Below are positions 29,022-38,303 of a stretch of 64,000 bases of DNA, piece after piece. The notes beneath the pieces were generated by a model. That model did not search any database. It saw nothing but the letters and a program-made list of their open reading frames with translations, and was not told the origin of the DNA. The position numbers and the translations under genes are program-made. This DNA is from a phage, in the sequence record OZ346228.1. One strand, written 5' to 3'. Each line of letters begins with the position of its first letter. Positions within the stretch are counted from its first letter, which is position 1.

Positions 29022-29312
29022 TTACAGCTTGTTGTCGATAGTTTTTAAAATATCCACAGCAAGATCTGCCATTTTTCGAACATACTCTGCAAACTCAACA
29101 GGATCCTTGATCAAAGAATTCACAGGGTCGTACCCTAGAGCGTTTAAAATGGCTGCAGCATCTACAACCTTCTCATCATTTGCGAAGATCTCTCCGTCAA
29201 ACTTGTAGGTCCATTTTGAGTCAACCTTAGCAGAGCAGGGTTTGTCCATGCTTGTTACACCATCGTCTTTAAACTCTCCTGCGTTATCAATATTTAGAAT
29301 TAAATCCATCAT
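29022..29312 (-). CDS. hypothetical protein
   Basis: Co-oriented ORF. Confidence 0.5.
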   Translation of the reverse strand: MMDLILNIDNAGEFKDDGVTSMDKPCSAKVDSKWTYKFDGEIFANDEKVVDAAAILNALGYDPVNSLIKDPVEFAEYVRKMADLAVDILKTIDNKL

Positions 29313-29329
29313 GGTGACACCTCACTGTT

Positions 29330-29728
29330 TCAGTTTAGCTTTTCTTCAACAACCCCATAACTTGGGGCAGAGTCAAGAGCTTTCTGGTTTAAAAGTGGCG
29401 TAGCAGAATCTGCAAACGGTGTCCAAGTTTTTGTTCTGGAATTCCAGTAATGCTTCACTCTGGAATCTGGATGCACTATAACAAAAACTTTTTCACTTGT
29501 CAACACATTAATTTCTTCTACACCCTTGCTGATAATTTCTCCGTCATAGCCCCCAGTCTGGTATCCTTCGTACCAGGTTCTTGCATAGGCATAGCCAGCC
29601 TGCCAGCATGCAGCCTCCTCCGAGGTGGAGACTACGTAGAAGTCTTTCTCAAATTCCGGAATACGCCCTTGCTTTACGCTCCAAGCTCCGCGAATTTTCA
29701 TTGTTACTTTGAAAAGCTTGTTCTTCAT
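29330..29728 (-). CDS. hypothetical protein, paralog of 27123-27518
   Basis: Shared HP(D/H)S..YW..(W/T)TP motif. Confidence 0.55.
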   Translation of the reverse strand: MKNKLFKVTMKIRGAWSVKQGRIPEFEKDFYVVSTSEEAACWQAGYAYARTWYEGYQTGGYDGEIISKGVEEINVLTSEKVFVIVHPDSRVKHYWNSRTKTWTPFADSATPLLNQKALDSAPSYGVVEEKLN

Positions 29729-29729
29729 A

Positions 29730-29984
29730 CTACCGCTCTACAATCTCTACGTCTGTTCCTACACCGAAGGCATAGTAATGTTCTTCCCCAAAGTAATACT
29801 TGGGGACACCCGCTTTGATCAGATCTAACCCGCGAATAAATACCACACCGTGTGATACAGTGGAATGCTTCTGACGCACAGGATCGTTGTCAGGCAACCA
29901 TTCAAAGTACACCGCAGGTACAACCTTTCCCTTCAGGAAGGATTGTCCCAAGTAGACGTTAGAATCAAGAATTTTAACCTTCAT
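29730..29984 (-). CDS. small protein, MKVK..EIVE paralog family
   Basis: MKVKILDSNVYLGQ..GKV..RGLDLIKAG..DVEIVER. Confidence 0.55.
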   Translation of the reverse strand: MKVKILDSNVYLGQSFLKGKVVPAVYFEWLPDNDPVRQKHSTVSHGVVFIRGLDLIKAGVPKYYFGEEHYYAFGVGTDVEIVER

Positions 29985-30201
29985 TCTCGTCCTCCACTAT
30001 CTCTGCATCCTCACCAAGGGCAAAGTTGTAGGTCCACTGGCTGTCAAAGCAGTCTTGAGATGCACCAGCGGCAATAAGATCTGCACCTTTTATTTTTAAA
30101 AGGTCAGGATAATCTTCGTTAGGGATAGCGGTAAACACTTTCCCCACTAAGGGCTCCTGACCAATATAGAAGCTTGAATCTAAAACTTTAACTTTCATCA
30201 A
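29974..30201 (-). CDS. small protein, MKVK..EIVE paralog family
   Basis: MMKVKVLDSSFYIGQ..GKV..KGADLIAAG..AEIVED; tandem to previous. Confidence 0.55.
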   Translation of the reverse strand: MMKVKVLDSSFYIGQEPLVGKVFTAIPNEDYPDLLKIKGADLIAAGASQDCFDSQWTYNFALGEDAEIVEDENEG

Positions 30202-30485
30202 CGGTCTCCCTCAGGCGGTTGTGGGACGTAAACACTGTTACGAATATCGTCAGCAGTGTAGTAATAAGTGGTTCCAACCCTATCTCGGGCTGCAATGTAC
30301 TCTGCTATACCAACAAGTGCCATTGATTTGGTGGCGTATCTTCCCCACTCGTTAGCTCCCCAGTAGAATTTAGACCAGTAGGGAATAAGACCGAACAAAT
30401 ATACCTTTTGACGAACTTCCCAGTAAGTGCCTTTTCCGACAAGTTTAAACTCTACTTCACTACTGTTAATCTTTTTCATTATCAA
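30198..30485 (-). CDS. hypothetical protein
   Basis: 4-nt overlaps both sides. Confidence 0.5.
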   Translation of the reverse strand: MIMKKINSSEVEFKLVGKGTYWEVRQKVYLFGLIPYWSKFYWGANEWGRYATKSMALVGIAEYIAARDRVGTTYYYTADDIRNSVYVPQPPEGDR

Positions 30486-30778
30486 TCTCCCTCTACCGTG
30501 GTCGGATTGTCAGTAAGAAATTGAGCATTGGCTGGAGGCACGCCTGACATTTTCCACACAACCATAAGTTTATAACCAGGCACTCTATTAAGTGCAGATC
30601 GAGTAGAGTTTGTGCACGTATACTTTCGCTTTCCAAACCCGTTCTCCATCATAATCCAGTACCCAGTATCTTTGTCACCAGGTATCGGTAGACCACCTTC
30701 ATCAACCCACTGAATTGACCACGGCACGATGGCTACAGCTTTATATTTAAACTTTTTAAACCACTCAAAAAGTTTCAT
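30482..30778 (-). CDS. hypothetical protein
   Basis: Co-oriented ORF. Confidence 0.5.
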   Translation of the reverse strand: MKLFEWFKKFKYKAVAIVPWSIQWVDEGGLPIPGDKDTGYWIMMENGFGKRKYTCTNSTRSALNRVPGYKLMVVWKMSGVPPANAQFLTDNPTTVEGD

Positions 30779-31078
30779 AATTCAGCCCCGCATAGACATA
30801 ATCACTATAAATAGGCAAACAATGAATCCGAATGCCACGCCACCCATAAACGTTAATATTGATGCAATCATAGTCAATCAGCCTCGCCTGGCAACTCTTC
30901 TACCTTAACATGCCGAAAAGTGTTACCGTAATGGTTGATCCATGACATCAGCTCACTTTCTTGCTCTTCCTCTGGGATGAACTCTCGAATACTGACAAGT
31001 TTTAAGAAAACCTAATCACAATCTGCACCCATTCTACCAGACAGACAATAGTGCTTCATAAAAACCCTCCCGCCCGGT

Positions 31079-31273
31079 TTAGAATATTGCTTCTTCCATT
31101 GCGCCTGAGAGCAACAAAGAGGTGATCTGGCTAACATTCATCTCAGACTCTACTTCCTCCCCTTTGAAAGGTTCGCGGCAGAATAGGACTGTTTCAGGAC
31201 TTTTACTTCGAACAATATAATACAAATCATTCAATGTGTTGTAGTAATAAGTGTTAAAACGTAAGTTTTTCAT
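31079..31273 (-). CDS. hypothetical protein
   Basis: 4-nt overlap with upstream gene. Confidence 0.45.
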   Translation of the reverse strand: MKNLRFNTYYYNTLNDLYYIVRSKSPETVLFCREPFKGEEVESEMNVSQITSLLLSGAMEEAIF

Positions 31274-31557
31274 TTTCTAGTCCTCTTCTTAGATTTTTGG
31301 GGAGAAACGCTTTCTGCAATACGAGACAGACGTTCTTCTGAAGCCTTACCTACTCCAGGTTTTTTGAGTGGATTATCTTTATGACCACAATCCAACTGGA
31401 TATTGGATACCTCTCCAACTTTGTAAGTCAATTCTAGCAAAAGGTTGTCGTCCTTGTCAAATGTTTTTACGATAAATTTTTTATCGTTCTCCTGAACTTC
31501 ATATCTGGTACCTGCAGTATACAGCATGGTGCCATCAGCATAGGATATCCAGATCAT
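31270..31557 (-). CDS. hypothetical protein
   Basis: Translationally coupled. Confidence 0.5.
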   Translation of the reverse strand: MIWISYADGTMLYTAGTRYEVQENDKKFIVKTFDKDDNLLLELTYKVGEVSNIQLDCGHKDNPLKKPGVGKASEERLSRIAESVSPQKSKKRTRK

Positions 31558-31901
31558 TGAGCCTCCTTTTGCTGCAACAGCATTAACTCTTTGTTAGAGA
31601 TCTTTACTGCTGTTTTTATTGTTCCATCTTCACGAAACCACGACCAGAACTCTACAGTGTCACCACTATCAAGTAAAGCATGCCCATGGTAAAAATCTTT
31701 GTCCTTAGACAGTTTCTCATCTATATCTGCATCAACACATTCGTGATCCAGAGCATTTTGCCTGAACGCATCGGTTATGCCAATGCACGCCTTGCTCTCA
31801 AGACTGGTATATCCGATATCTTTTAATTCAGTTTCCCAAGTCCAGTACCCTATAAAAGCTAAAACAGCTACCCACAGTAATAACGTTTTAATCTTTGGCA
31901 T
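31554..31901 (-). CDS. hypothetical exported/membrane protein
   Basis: N-terminal hydrophobic segment LLLWVAVLAFIGYWTW. Confidence 0.5.
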   Translation of the reverse strand: MPKIKTLLLWVAVLAFIGYWTWETELKDIGYTSLESKACIGITDAFRQNALDHECVDADIDEKLSKDKDFYHGHALLDSGDTVEFWSWFREDGTIKTAVKISNKELMLLQQKEAQ

Positions 31902-31963
31902 TCTCTCTACCTCTTTCTTAGTTTATTTCACTATGGCACATCCTTTGTGCCATATCTCAACTA

Positions 31964-32434
31964 CTACTTAAATAGTAGTTCAAAATAGTGCAAAATTAAC
32001 AGAAGTTGAACTACACCTAGTGCAACGGCGAGTATGTTAATCTTAGAATCGAAAAACTTCTTAACTTTTACTCTAAAAGGTTCCTTAATGTCCTTTACGA
32101 TCCTATCTATAGATGACCTCATATCTCTGATTACCATCCTGAACATTAAAGACGGATGCTCCCCCATCTCCGTAACGGAATCGAAAACATACTCTCTTCG
32201 GTCATAAGGGCCGCCAGCTCTGCGTATTAACCTCTCCACAGAGACCTCGAACGTCACACCTGTAACGTAATCATCTATAACAAGTCGTGACGGGTCTTTA
32301 CCTTTACTATCAAGAGGTATCAAAGTTATCTTTCCAGATTTTGTTAAAATTTCCCCTTTTTCAAGCAAGGTGTACCAATGCTCTCTGCCAAGACTGTTGA
32401 GGCACGTTTTTACATATTTAACAAACATCGTCAC
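31964..32434 (-). CDS. hypothetical protein with C-terminal TM helix
   Basis: C-terminal ILAVALGVVQLLLILHYF. Confidence 0.5.
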   Translation of the reverse strand: MTMFVKYVKTCLNSLGREHWYTLLEKGEILTKSGKITLIPLDSKGKDPSRLVIDDYVTGVTFEVSVERLIRRAGGPYDRREYVFDSVTEMGEHPSLMFRMVIRDMRSSIDRIVKDIKEPFRVKVKKFFDSKINILAVALGVVQLLLILHYFELLFK

Positions 32435-32634
32435 CCCTCATCGCACGTCTGATATAACCACTCTATAAAATCTTGATACCATTCGCCCTCTGAGCGCTCC
32501 GTAGGCCAATAATCTTCACCCTCTCGTGCATTAAAATCTGAGTATTCAACTTTCCACTCCTTTACCAGCTCGTGGAGAAGGTTTTCAGCCTGCTCTAAAG
32601 ATTTATTTTTTACCATTGCTGTCTCCTTTTTCAA
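32431..32634 (-). CDS. hypothetical protein
   Basis: RBS AAAGGAG. Confidence 0.5.
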   Translation of the reverse strand: MKKETAMVKNKSLEQAENLLHELVKEWKVEYSDFNAREGEDYWPTERSEGEWYQDFIEWLYQTCDEG

Positions 32635-32710
32635 GATAGTTATACATCAGAACTGCACCACCTAAGATGGCTACCAGTAACAATATCCCAGATAGCATCT
32701 CAATAAACAT
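32603..32710 (-). CDS. small hydrophobic peptide (35 aa, tentative)
   Basis: MFIEMLSGILLLVAILGGAVLMYNYLEKGDSNGKK; carries RBS of next gene. Confidence 0.3.
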   Translation of the reverse strand: MFIEMLSGILLLVAILGGAVLMYNYLEKGDSNGKK

Positions 32711-32835
32711 GGCTTGAAACACTGGAAGGTCTCCCTAAATTAACGCACCATTTTAAATACATGCTCTTTTCCCATAAAGGTGCCTGGCTAAGATCTGCGT
32801 AGAACGCAATCTCTTTAAGAACAGTATAGATAGTT

Positions 32836-33063
32836 TTAGGTGCGGTCTCCATCCCTACTCTCCTTCCTGATATTCTTGTAGTAATCAACTAGGCACATTA
32901 TTACGATGAAGATAACAACAGGCCAAAAAGGTGCAGCAGTGATGATGGTGATAAAATCATCAAACTTCACCCTTCGTCTGGACACGATGCATACACCTGT
33001 CAAGAATACCGCTGTTATAACGGACATTACCAGGTAACCTATTAGCACAACATTTATACTCAT
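32836..33063 (-). CDS. hypothetical membrane protein
   Basis: Two predicted TM helices. Confidence 0.45.
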   Translation of the reverse strand: MSINVVLIGYLVMSVITAVFLTGVCIVSRRRVKFDDFITIITAAPFWPVVIFIVIMCLVDYYKNIRKESRDGDRT

Positions 33064-33093
33064 TGGTCCTCCCTTTGTAGGTTAAATTGTATA

Positions 33094-33627
33094 CTACAAA
33101 TGGTCGCTGAGGGTGTCAAGAAAATTATCCCGTTCTTTCTCAGAGTTTTCATGTGTGTAGCTGAAAAACATATCGAGAATAACCTTATTGATATATTCCA
33201 GCTCCTCTGTGTTCAGATGCTTAGCAGGATCTACAATGACATCCCAAATATCATACAGACCGCACTCATGATACCCATAACGCCACTCAATTGTCAAGCT
33301 GAGCGGCAAATCTTTACCTTCACAAACAACCTTCCATCTACATATGTTGGTATCTGGTCGTACCTGTGCACGGTACACCTGCACAAAATCCAATTTGAAT
33401 TTGAGGTACTCGTCATACAATTTAAGCACAAAGCTCTCGATTTGTGGAGACACTTTTGCAGCAAACTGTGCGTATTCGTACTTGCACTGGATGATCTTTC
33501 TGCGTTTTGCAGTTAAATTTTTTGCCGCCAGTTGTTCTTCAGTGTATCTCCACCTACGATCAACAAACGCAACAGGGTCTTTGTCCCCATAGAGGTCTTC
33601 CCAGTTAATCAGAAGCATACCTGTCAC
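33094..33627 (-). CDS. hypothetical protein
   Basis: 177-aa ORF, 4-nt overlap with upstream gene. Confidence 0.55.
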   Translation of the reverse strand: MTGMLLINWEDLYGDKDPVAFVDRRWRYTEEQLAAKNLTAKRRKIIQCKYEYAQFAAKVSPQIESFVLKLYDEYLKFKLDFVQVYRAQVRPDTNICRWKVVCEGKDLPLSLTIEWRYGYHECGLYDIWDVIVDPAKHLNTEELEYINKVILDMFFSYTHENSEKERDNFLDTLSDHL

Positions 33628-33857
33628 TCCTCCACAACTTCAAGGCCTTTACCGCCTCGCTCTGGCAGATTACTTAAAGATAGGTAATACATATAATCAG
33701 GAGAGATCCTGCCAGACTCTGCACCTGCAGCTAGTAAATCCTTCCCTTTAACCAGGACAACATTCTCGTTTGCAGATAGCCGTTTTGCTTCCACAATTTT
33801 ACCAACACAGTCAACCAAGGAAGGGTACCCTAAATCTGTAAGAAATTTAACTTTCAT
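33624..33857 (-). CDS. small protein, MKVK..EIVE paralog family
   Basis: MKVKFLTDLGY..GKIV..KGKDLLAAG..LEVVEE. Confidence 0.55.
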   Translation of the reverse strand: MKVKFLTDLGYPSLVDCVGKIVEAKRLSANENVVLVKGKDLLAAGAESGRISPDYMYYLSLSNLPERGGKGLEVVEE

Positions 33858-33894
33858 GCTACCTCCTACCTACCGTCCCTGGTAAGATAAATTA

Positions 33895-34293
33895 TTACTG
33901 AACAGAGCGCGGTGCTGGGAAGGATAACTCTTCTAAAGAGAAGATTTCATTTCCTACCACCCAAGTTGCTGGGTCATCTGGATCAACAGGTTGGATAATC
34001 ATTACCTCATCCGCCTCGCACACACGTTTCCCACCCATAGTAGCGTCAGCCACTAACATACGCGGCTCTTCAGAAATGCACAGGTAGCCACCTCGGCCCA
34101 CTGTTCCTTCCACGGGATCCTGCCCTTTGACCACAATGAATACCTTCTCTCCTGTGGCGATATTACTTTTCACACTAACAGTTTGACCAACTTTAGATGT
34201 ACCGATCTTGGTGGCTTCAAACATTAAATCCCGAATTACTGTTGCATAGTTGCCGGACACTTTCTTACCTTCTTTAGTAATCTCAATCTTCAT
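33895..34293 (-). CDS. hypothetical protein
   Basis: Co-oriented ORF. Confidence 0.5.
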   Translation of the reverse strand: MKIEITKEGKKVSGNYATVIRDLMFEATKIGTSKVGQTVSVKSNIATGEKVFIVVKGQDPVEGTVGRGGYLCISEEPRMLVADATMGGKRVCEADEVMIIQPVDPDDPATWVVGNEIFSLEELSFPAPRSVQ

Positions 34294-34529
34294 AACCTAG
34301 GCTCCTTAAATGAATCTATGTAATCAATTAAATCCCAAGCATCGCGATGGGCTGTCAGAGGGTATACTTCTCCGAGAGGGATCATAGCAATAAGTCTATC
34401 AAAAACCCAGTCTGGACGCAACATTTTATGGTGATATTCCCACTCACCTTCCACAGATTTTTTCTGAGTGATCAGGATCTCTGTGTAGTGTTTCGCCTGT
34501 CTTGAGTAGATTGAAAATGACTTGTACAT
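34290..34529 (-). CDS. hypothetical protein
   Basis: RBS AGAGGGGG before internal ATG. Confidence 0.5.
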   Translation of the reverse strand: MYKSFSIYSRQAKHYTEILITQKKSVEGEWEYHHKMLRPDWVFDRLIAMIPLGEVYPLTAHRDAWDLIDYIDSFKEPRL

Positions 34530-34564
34530 AAAGACCCCCTCTTGTTGAAAACAACAATACACAA

Positions 34565-34849
34565 CTACCAGGTTACTGTCAAGTAGGCAACCGTATTATT
34601 TTTCTCTGGGGAGATGCCAACAACATCTACCTGCAGACCTCCTGCCCTTAAATCTCCAACAATGTGCGGGAAGTAATCTGAGAGATGCGAGGGTAGATTT
34701 ATCGAAAATCCGCACCCCAGAAAGCCTGCTAACGCTTTATTTTGTATCTCCCCTACAATCGCATCATAAATGGAGTTAAGCTCGTCAGGGAGCGTTACAG
34801 GACGTTTTAGCGCTAACTGGTGTAATTTGTCCTTAGCACTCATTTTCAT
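34565..34849 (-). CDS. hypothetical protein
   Basis: ATGA overlap with methyltransferase stop. Confidence 0.5.
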   Translation of the reverse strand: MKMSAKDKLHQLALKRPVTLPDELNSIYDAIVGEIQNKALAGFLGCGFSINLPSHLSDYFPHIVGDLRAGGLQVDVVGISPEKNNTVAYLTVTW

Positions 34850-35379
34850 TTCAGGTCTACCTCTGGTGGTGCCAACCACATAAATGGCGGCAAGCCTAAA
34901 CGGTTTTTCTTATCCCACACAAAATATGCATATGCTTGCCCGTCAGTTCTGCCATTTGATTGAAAAGATGGACGCTTAGATATTGTGATCACAGTGGTAG
35001 GTGCATTATCAAGCCACCATTCAAATCTGGCTTTGCTTTCCAGAAAATTAAGACGCAAAAGCATAATAACTACGTCAGCATCTTTCAACGCCTTGTCTAC
35101 AAACTCACGAGCCAAACTGTATGGTGGGTTGGTGATAATACAGTCAACATGGTTGTATTCTGTATTCAGATAGTCAACACCTTCTTGGATTTCTCCCCAT
35201 GCAGATCCTAACGGCATACGGGAGTAGAACACACCTGAGGCACTATTCCTGCAAGGCTCTAAGTAGGTCCAGTCTTCTGGGAACGGAATAAGGTCATACA
35301 GCCCTTCTGCACACCACTCCGGTGTCACATACTCATCGTAGGCGTTACGTTGTTCATCAGGTTTTCGAGCACAAGTCAT
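34846..35379 (-). CDS. DNA N6-adenine methyltransferase (small Dam-like)
   Basis: Catalytic motif IITNPPY. Confidence 0.7.
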   Translation of the reverse strand: MTCARKPDEQRNAYDEYVTPEWCAEGLYDLIPFPEDWTYLEPCRNSASGVFYSRMPLGSAWGEIQEGVDYLNTEYNHVDCIITNPPYSLAREFVDKALKDADVVIMLLRLNFLESKARFEWWLDNAPTTVITISKRPSFQSNGRTDGQAYAYFVWDKKNRLGLPPFMWLAPPEVDLK

Positions 35380-35396
35380 GCAAATCTCCAGATCAT

Positions 35397-35425
35397 AAAA
35401 GCCCTCCGAAGAGGGCTTTAGAATT
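35397..35425 (-). terminator. stem-loop/putative terminator between protease and MTase
   Basis: AAAGCCCTC-TTCG-GAGGGCTTT then TTTAT on - strand. Confidence 0.4.
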
Positions 35426-35430
35426 AATGT

Positions 35431-36480
35431 TTAAGCTTCTTCGACAATTCCTGCACCCAGGATTTTTTCATTGAGCTCTTTTGCTGTTTTAATAATATTG
35501 TCCACCAGACGCTTGCGAGTCTTATCTTTTACCTTAACCTCTTCACCGCCGTTCAGGGTTGTCTTCAATTGGGACAGAATGTCTTGAAGTTCAACGACAG
35601 AGAATCGCTGCAGATCTTCTGAGGTAATCTCGCCTAAGGCAATCTTAACGGTCTCACCACTTTCCATCTGCAGGTTCAGGAACACAGTGTGAACATCACC
35701 TTTCGAACCACCCGCTTTTGCAGATTCAACAGCATGAACTAGCTCATCTAAAGAGGTGCACTGGTGAATCTCCGGAAGACCTGCTTCACCTAGCACACCT
35801 TCTTCATCACCTTTTGCCAAAAGCTTTTTAGGTTTTTGTCCGTTCTGGATGCGTTGTATGTTGCCTTCATCCAGAATGATAGCTCCAGTTCGAGCTGCCA
35901 GCTCCTCTCCGTCCAACCACACTTCGCCACCCGCTGTGATGGATGCGATCTCATCTTCTGTCAGCACCCAACCGTAGTATTTTTCGATCAGGCGTTCGAA
36001 ACGTTTTTTCCAGTAGCTGACCTGAGTATTCATGTTCACACCATTGCCATAAGTGCCGCCTTGATAGTAGTGGAACATAAACTCTGTGTCCGGAGCCACA
36101 GTGCGTTCTTTGCAACCCAGCCATAGGATTGTTCCAGCAGAGCAGCACATCCCTTCAGCATGTGCAACAACGCTTGCCTGAGACTCGCGGAATGCCTGTA
36201 GATAAGCCATTGCAATGTGCACGCAACCCCCAGGGCTATTGATGATCACACGAATGCTTTCTTCCGGCTGAGCCATACGGATCGTCTGCAGACGAGACAT
36301 ATGATCCTGCAGGTCCTCCAAATCGTCGATATAAAGAACGTGGTCAACAACAGGTGTTGGGTAGCTGTATGTTTCCATAATACCACCCGGCATACCAAAC
36401 ATTTTATTACTCATAGGTTCGAAACCGTTCTGTTTTTCTTTCATGCCGTGTACCATGGTTCTGCGAGGTGTTAAATTCAT
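35431..36480 (-). CDS. ClpP-family (S14) serine protease with C-terminal extension
   Basis: RVIINSPGGCV, MCCSAGT (Ser), FMFHYYQG (His) parallel ClpP INSPGG..SMGA..MIHQP; extra ~150 aa C-terminal. Confidence 0.7.
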   Translation of the reverse strand: MNLTPRRTMVHGMKEKQNGFEPMSNKMFGMPGGIMETYSYPTPVVDHVLYIDDLEDLQDHMSRLQTIRMAQPEESIRVIINSPGGCVHIAMAYLQAFRESQASVVAHAEGMCCSAGTILWLGCKERTVAPDTEFMFHYYQGGTYGNGVNMNTQVSYWKKRFERLIEKYYGWVLTEDEIASITAGGEVWLDGEELAARTGAIILDEGNIQRIQNGQKPKKLLAKGDEEGVLGEAGLPEIHQCTSLDELVHAVESAKAGGSKGDVHTVFLNLQMESGETVKIALGEITSEDLQRFSVVELQDILSQLKTTLNGGEEVKVKDKTRKRLVDNIIKTAKELNEKILGAGIVEEA

Positions 36481-36540
36481 GAGAAATCCTTAATATTGGA
36501 AGTTGAAAGCTATTTATTTAAACCTGATTCACATTTACCT

Positions 36541-36852
36541 TTATTTAGCAATCACTATGGAATACTTACGATTGTCAGAAGCATCACAACTCAATGATTG
36601 CCAGTCTACCACATACCACGTATCATTGTCAACAATTACTTTATCGCCTGTTCTGTAGCAAGTGCTGCTTTCAATAATTCGAGACTCGATAAAGAATCTG
36701 TGTCGGCGCTCACGTAGCAACGCTAAGTTAATTATATTACCACCGCTGTCCTTGGTCCACACATTCTTGGATCCCTTATTTGCCAAAATTGTCTCGCCGT
36801 TATAGACAAACAGGCAGTATATTTTATTCAGTTTCTCTTGTATTGTAGCCAT
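36541..36852 (-). CDS. hypothetical protein
   Basis: Co-oriented ORF. Confidence 0.5.
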   Translation of the reverse strand: MATIQEKLNKIYCLFVYNGETILANKGSKNVWTKDSGGNIINLALLRERRHRFFIESRIIESSTCYRTGDKVIVDNDTWYVVDWQSLSCDASDNRKYSIVIAK

Positions 36853-36953
36853 ACTGTCCTTCTCTCTGTTTTGTCCGATAATAATATCTAAAGCTTACCT
36901 ATTTGTCAACAACTGTTTTAGATATTTAAGGGTGGAATAACCACCCTTCTGTA

Positions 36954-37742
36954 TTACTCGGAAACAGGGGTCCAAATATGATTTGCACGATCCTCAATAA
37001 GATTGAGTGCGATCTGACGACCCAACCCAGAACGAACGACATCGTCTGGACTATCAAAGCTGATCATTCCAACCTCAGGATCTGGATGACGAGTAAAGAA
37101 ATCCGTCACCCATGCAAGGCCAGATTTACCAGGGATGTCACGTTGGCTATTATCACCCATAATTACAAGGGTGGCTTGATCAGAGATCCTTGTGATAATT
37201 GACAACATTTCTTCAGGGTTAGTTTGCTGTGCCTCGTCAATCAGGACAAAGCATCGCTCATCGAAACTACGACCACGAATGCTTTCAACTTCACAAATCT
37301 CGATACGGCTGTTCTGACCGTCTCCCAGCATTGCGGCAAAAGCACCTTTGCCAACACGACGACAAATCGTGTCCATCATGCTTCGAAGATAGGGCCACAG
37401 TTTCTGCATTGCATTTCCAGGTTTAAATCCTGAAGTCTTTCCTGTCTGAACGTAAGGACGTGCAACAATAATCTTATCAATCTCGTTCTTACGCAGAAGA
37501 TCACCTGCATATGCAGATGCCATGAATGTCTTACCGGATCCAAACACACCGTTTACAATAATAATCTTACGTGACCCTAGATAATCAAGATACTTTTGCT
37601 GCTTCTTATTCATTGGTCTGAGAGCTGGAGCGGTGTGCTCTCTTTCGTCAGCAAATTTCTCAGCAGCCTTACGCAGGCGATCAGATTTGCGAGCCTCTCT
37701 AGCTTCATCACGCATGCGTTTTGTTTCTTTAGCTCGACCCAT
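36954..37742 (-). CDS. phoH: PhoH-like ATPase
   Basis: Walker A VFGSGKTFMA; PYLRSMMD; LIDEAQQT; VIMGDNSQRD. Confidence 0.85.
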   Translation of the reverse strand: MGRAKETKRMRDEAREARKSDRLRKAAEKFADEREHTAPALRPMNKKQQKYLDYLGSRKIIIVNGVFGSGKTFMASAYAGDLLRKNEIDKIIVARPYVQTGKTSGFKPGNAMQKLWPYLRSMMDTICRRVGKGAFAAMLGDGQNSRIEICEVESIRGRSFDERCFVLIDEAQQTNPEEMLSIITRISDQATLVIMGDNSQRDIPGKSGLAWVTDFFTRHPDPEVGMISFDSPDDVVRSGLGRQIALNLIEDRANHIWTPVSE

Positions 37743-37780
37743 GTTGGGACTCCTTTCAGATTGAGATGTGCCAAGTACTT

Positions 37781-38131
37781 TTACTGCAACAGTTTTTCAA
37801 TAGCCGCTTCCATGCTGCTTGCAACAGCCTGAACTCGGATATTCATCTCTTCTTGGTGGATCAGCTCCTTAAGCTCTTTAATGGTAAATTCTTTAGAGAA
37901 ACCTTCCACCATAATCTTGTGCAAGGCTTCTTGCGTGTCTACTTGCAAGAACTTTTCCAGTTTGTTGGCAGAGGCTTCTAAATCAGCCCGAATACGAGGG
38001 TCATCTGTGCGATTCAGCATTAGGCGTAAGCCATCAAGATTAGTAGAAATAGCATCTGCATGTTGAGTAACTAACCGTGGCAAAATGAGATCTACAAACT
38101 TATTAGCCAAATCGATACGTTCTTGTGTCAC
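37781..38131 (-). CDS. hypothetical protein (GTG start)
   Basis: GTGA overlap with upstream small ORF. Confidence 0.5.
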   Translation of the reverse strand: MTQERIDLANKFVDLILPRLVTQHADAISTNLDGLRLMLNRTDDPRIRADLEASANKLEKFLQVDTQEALHKIMVEGFSKEFTIKELKELIHQEEMNIRVQAVASSMEAAIEKLLQ

Positions 38132-38241
38132 TGTTGCACCCCCTCTTCATCTTCATGATGTTTCTTTTCACGCTTGTGTTTTTTCTTAAGCTCAAGCGCA
38201 ATCTCTTTCTTGTACGCCTTCTTCAAGGCTTTTTTAGCCAT
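38128..38241 (-). CDS. small lysine-rich protein (37 aa)
   Basis: RBS GAGGAGG; MAKKALKKAYKKEIALELKKKHKREKKHHEDEEGVQQ. Confidence 0.4.
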   Translation of the reverse strand: MAKKALKKAYKKEIALELKKKHKREKKHHEDEEGVQQ

Positions 38242-38303
38242 TTGGCACCTCCTCTGCTTTCATTACGGCAATTATAACCAACTCAACAAAGCTTTGTCAA
38301 CAA

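Noticed and set aside
35431-36480. ClpP-like gene as prohead maturation protease
   Set aside because: No portal, scaffold or capsid genes nearby in this window, so a head-module role is not supported here
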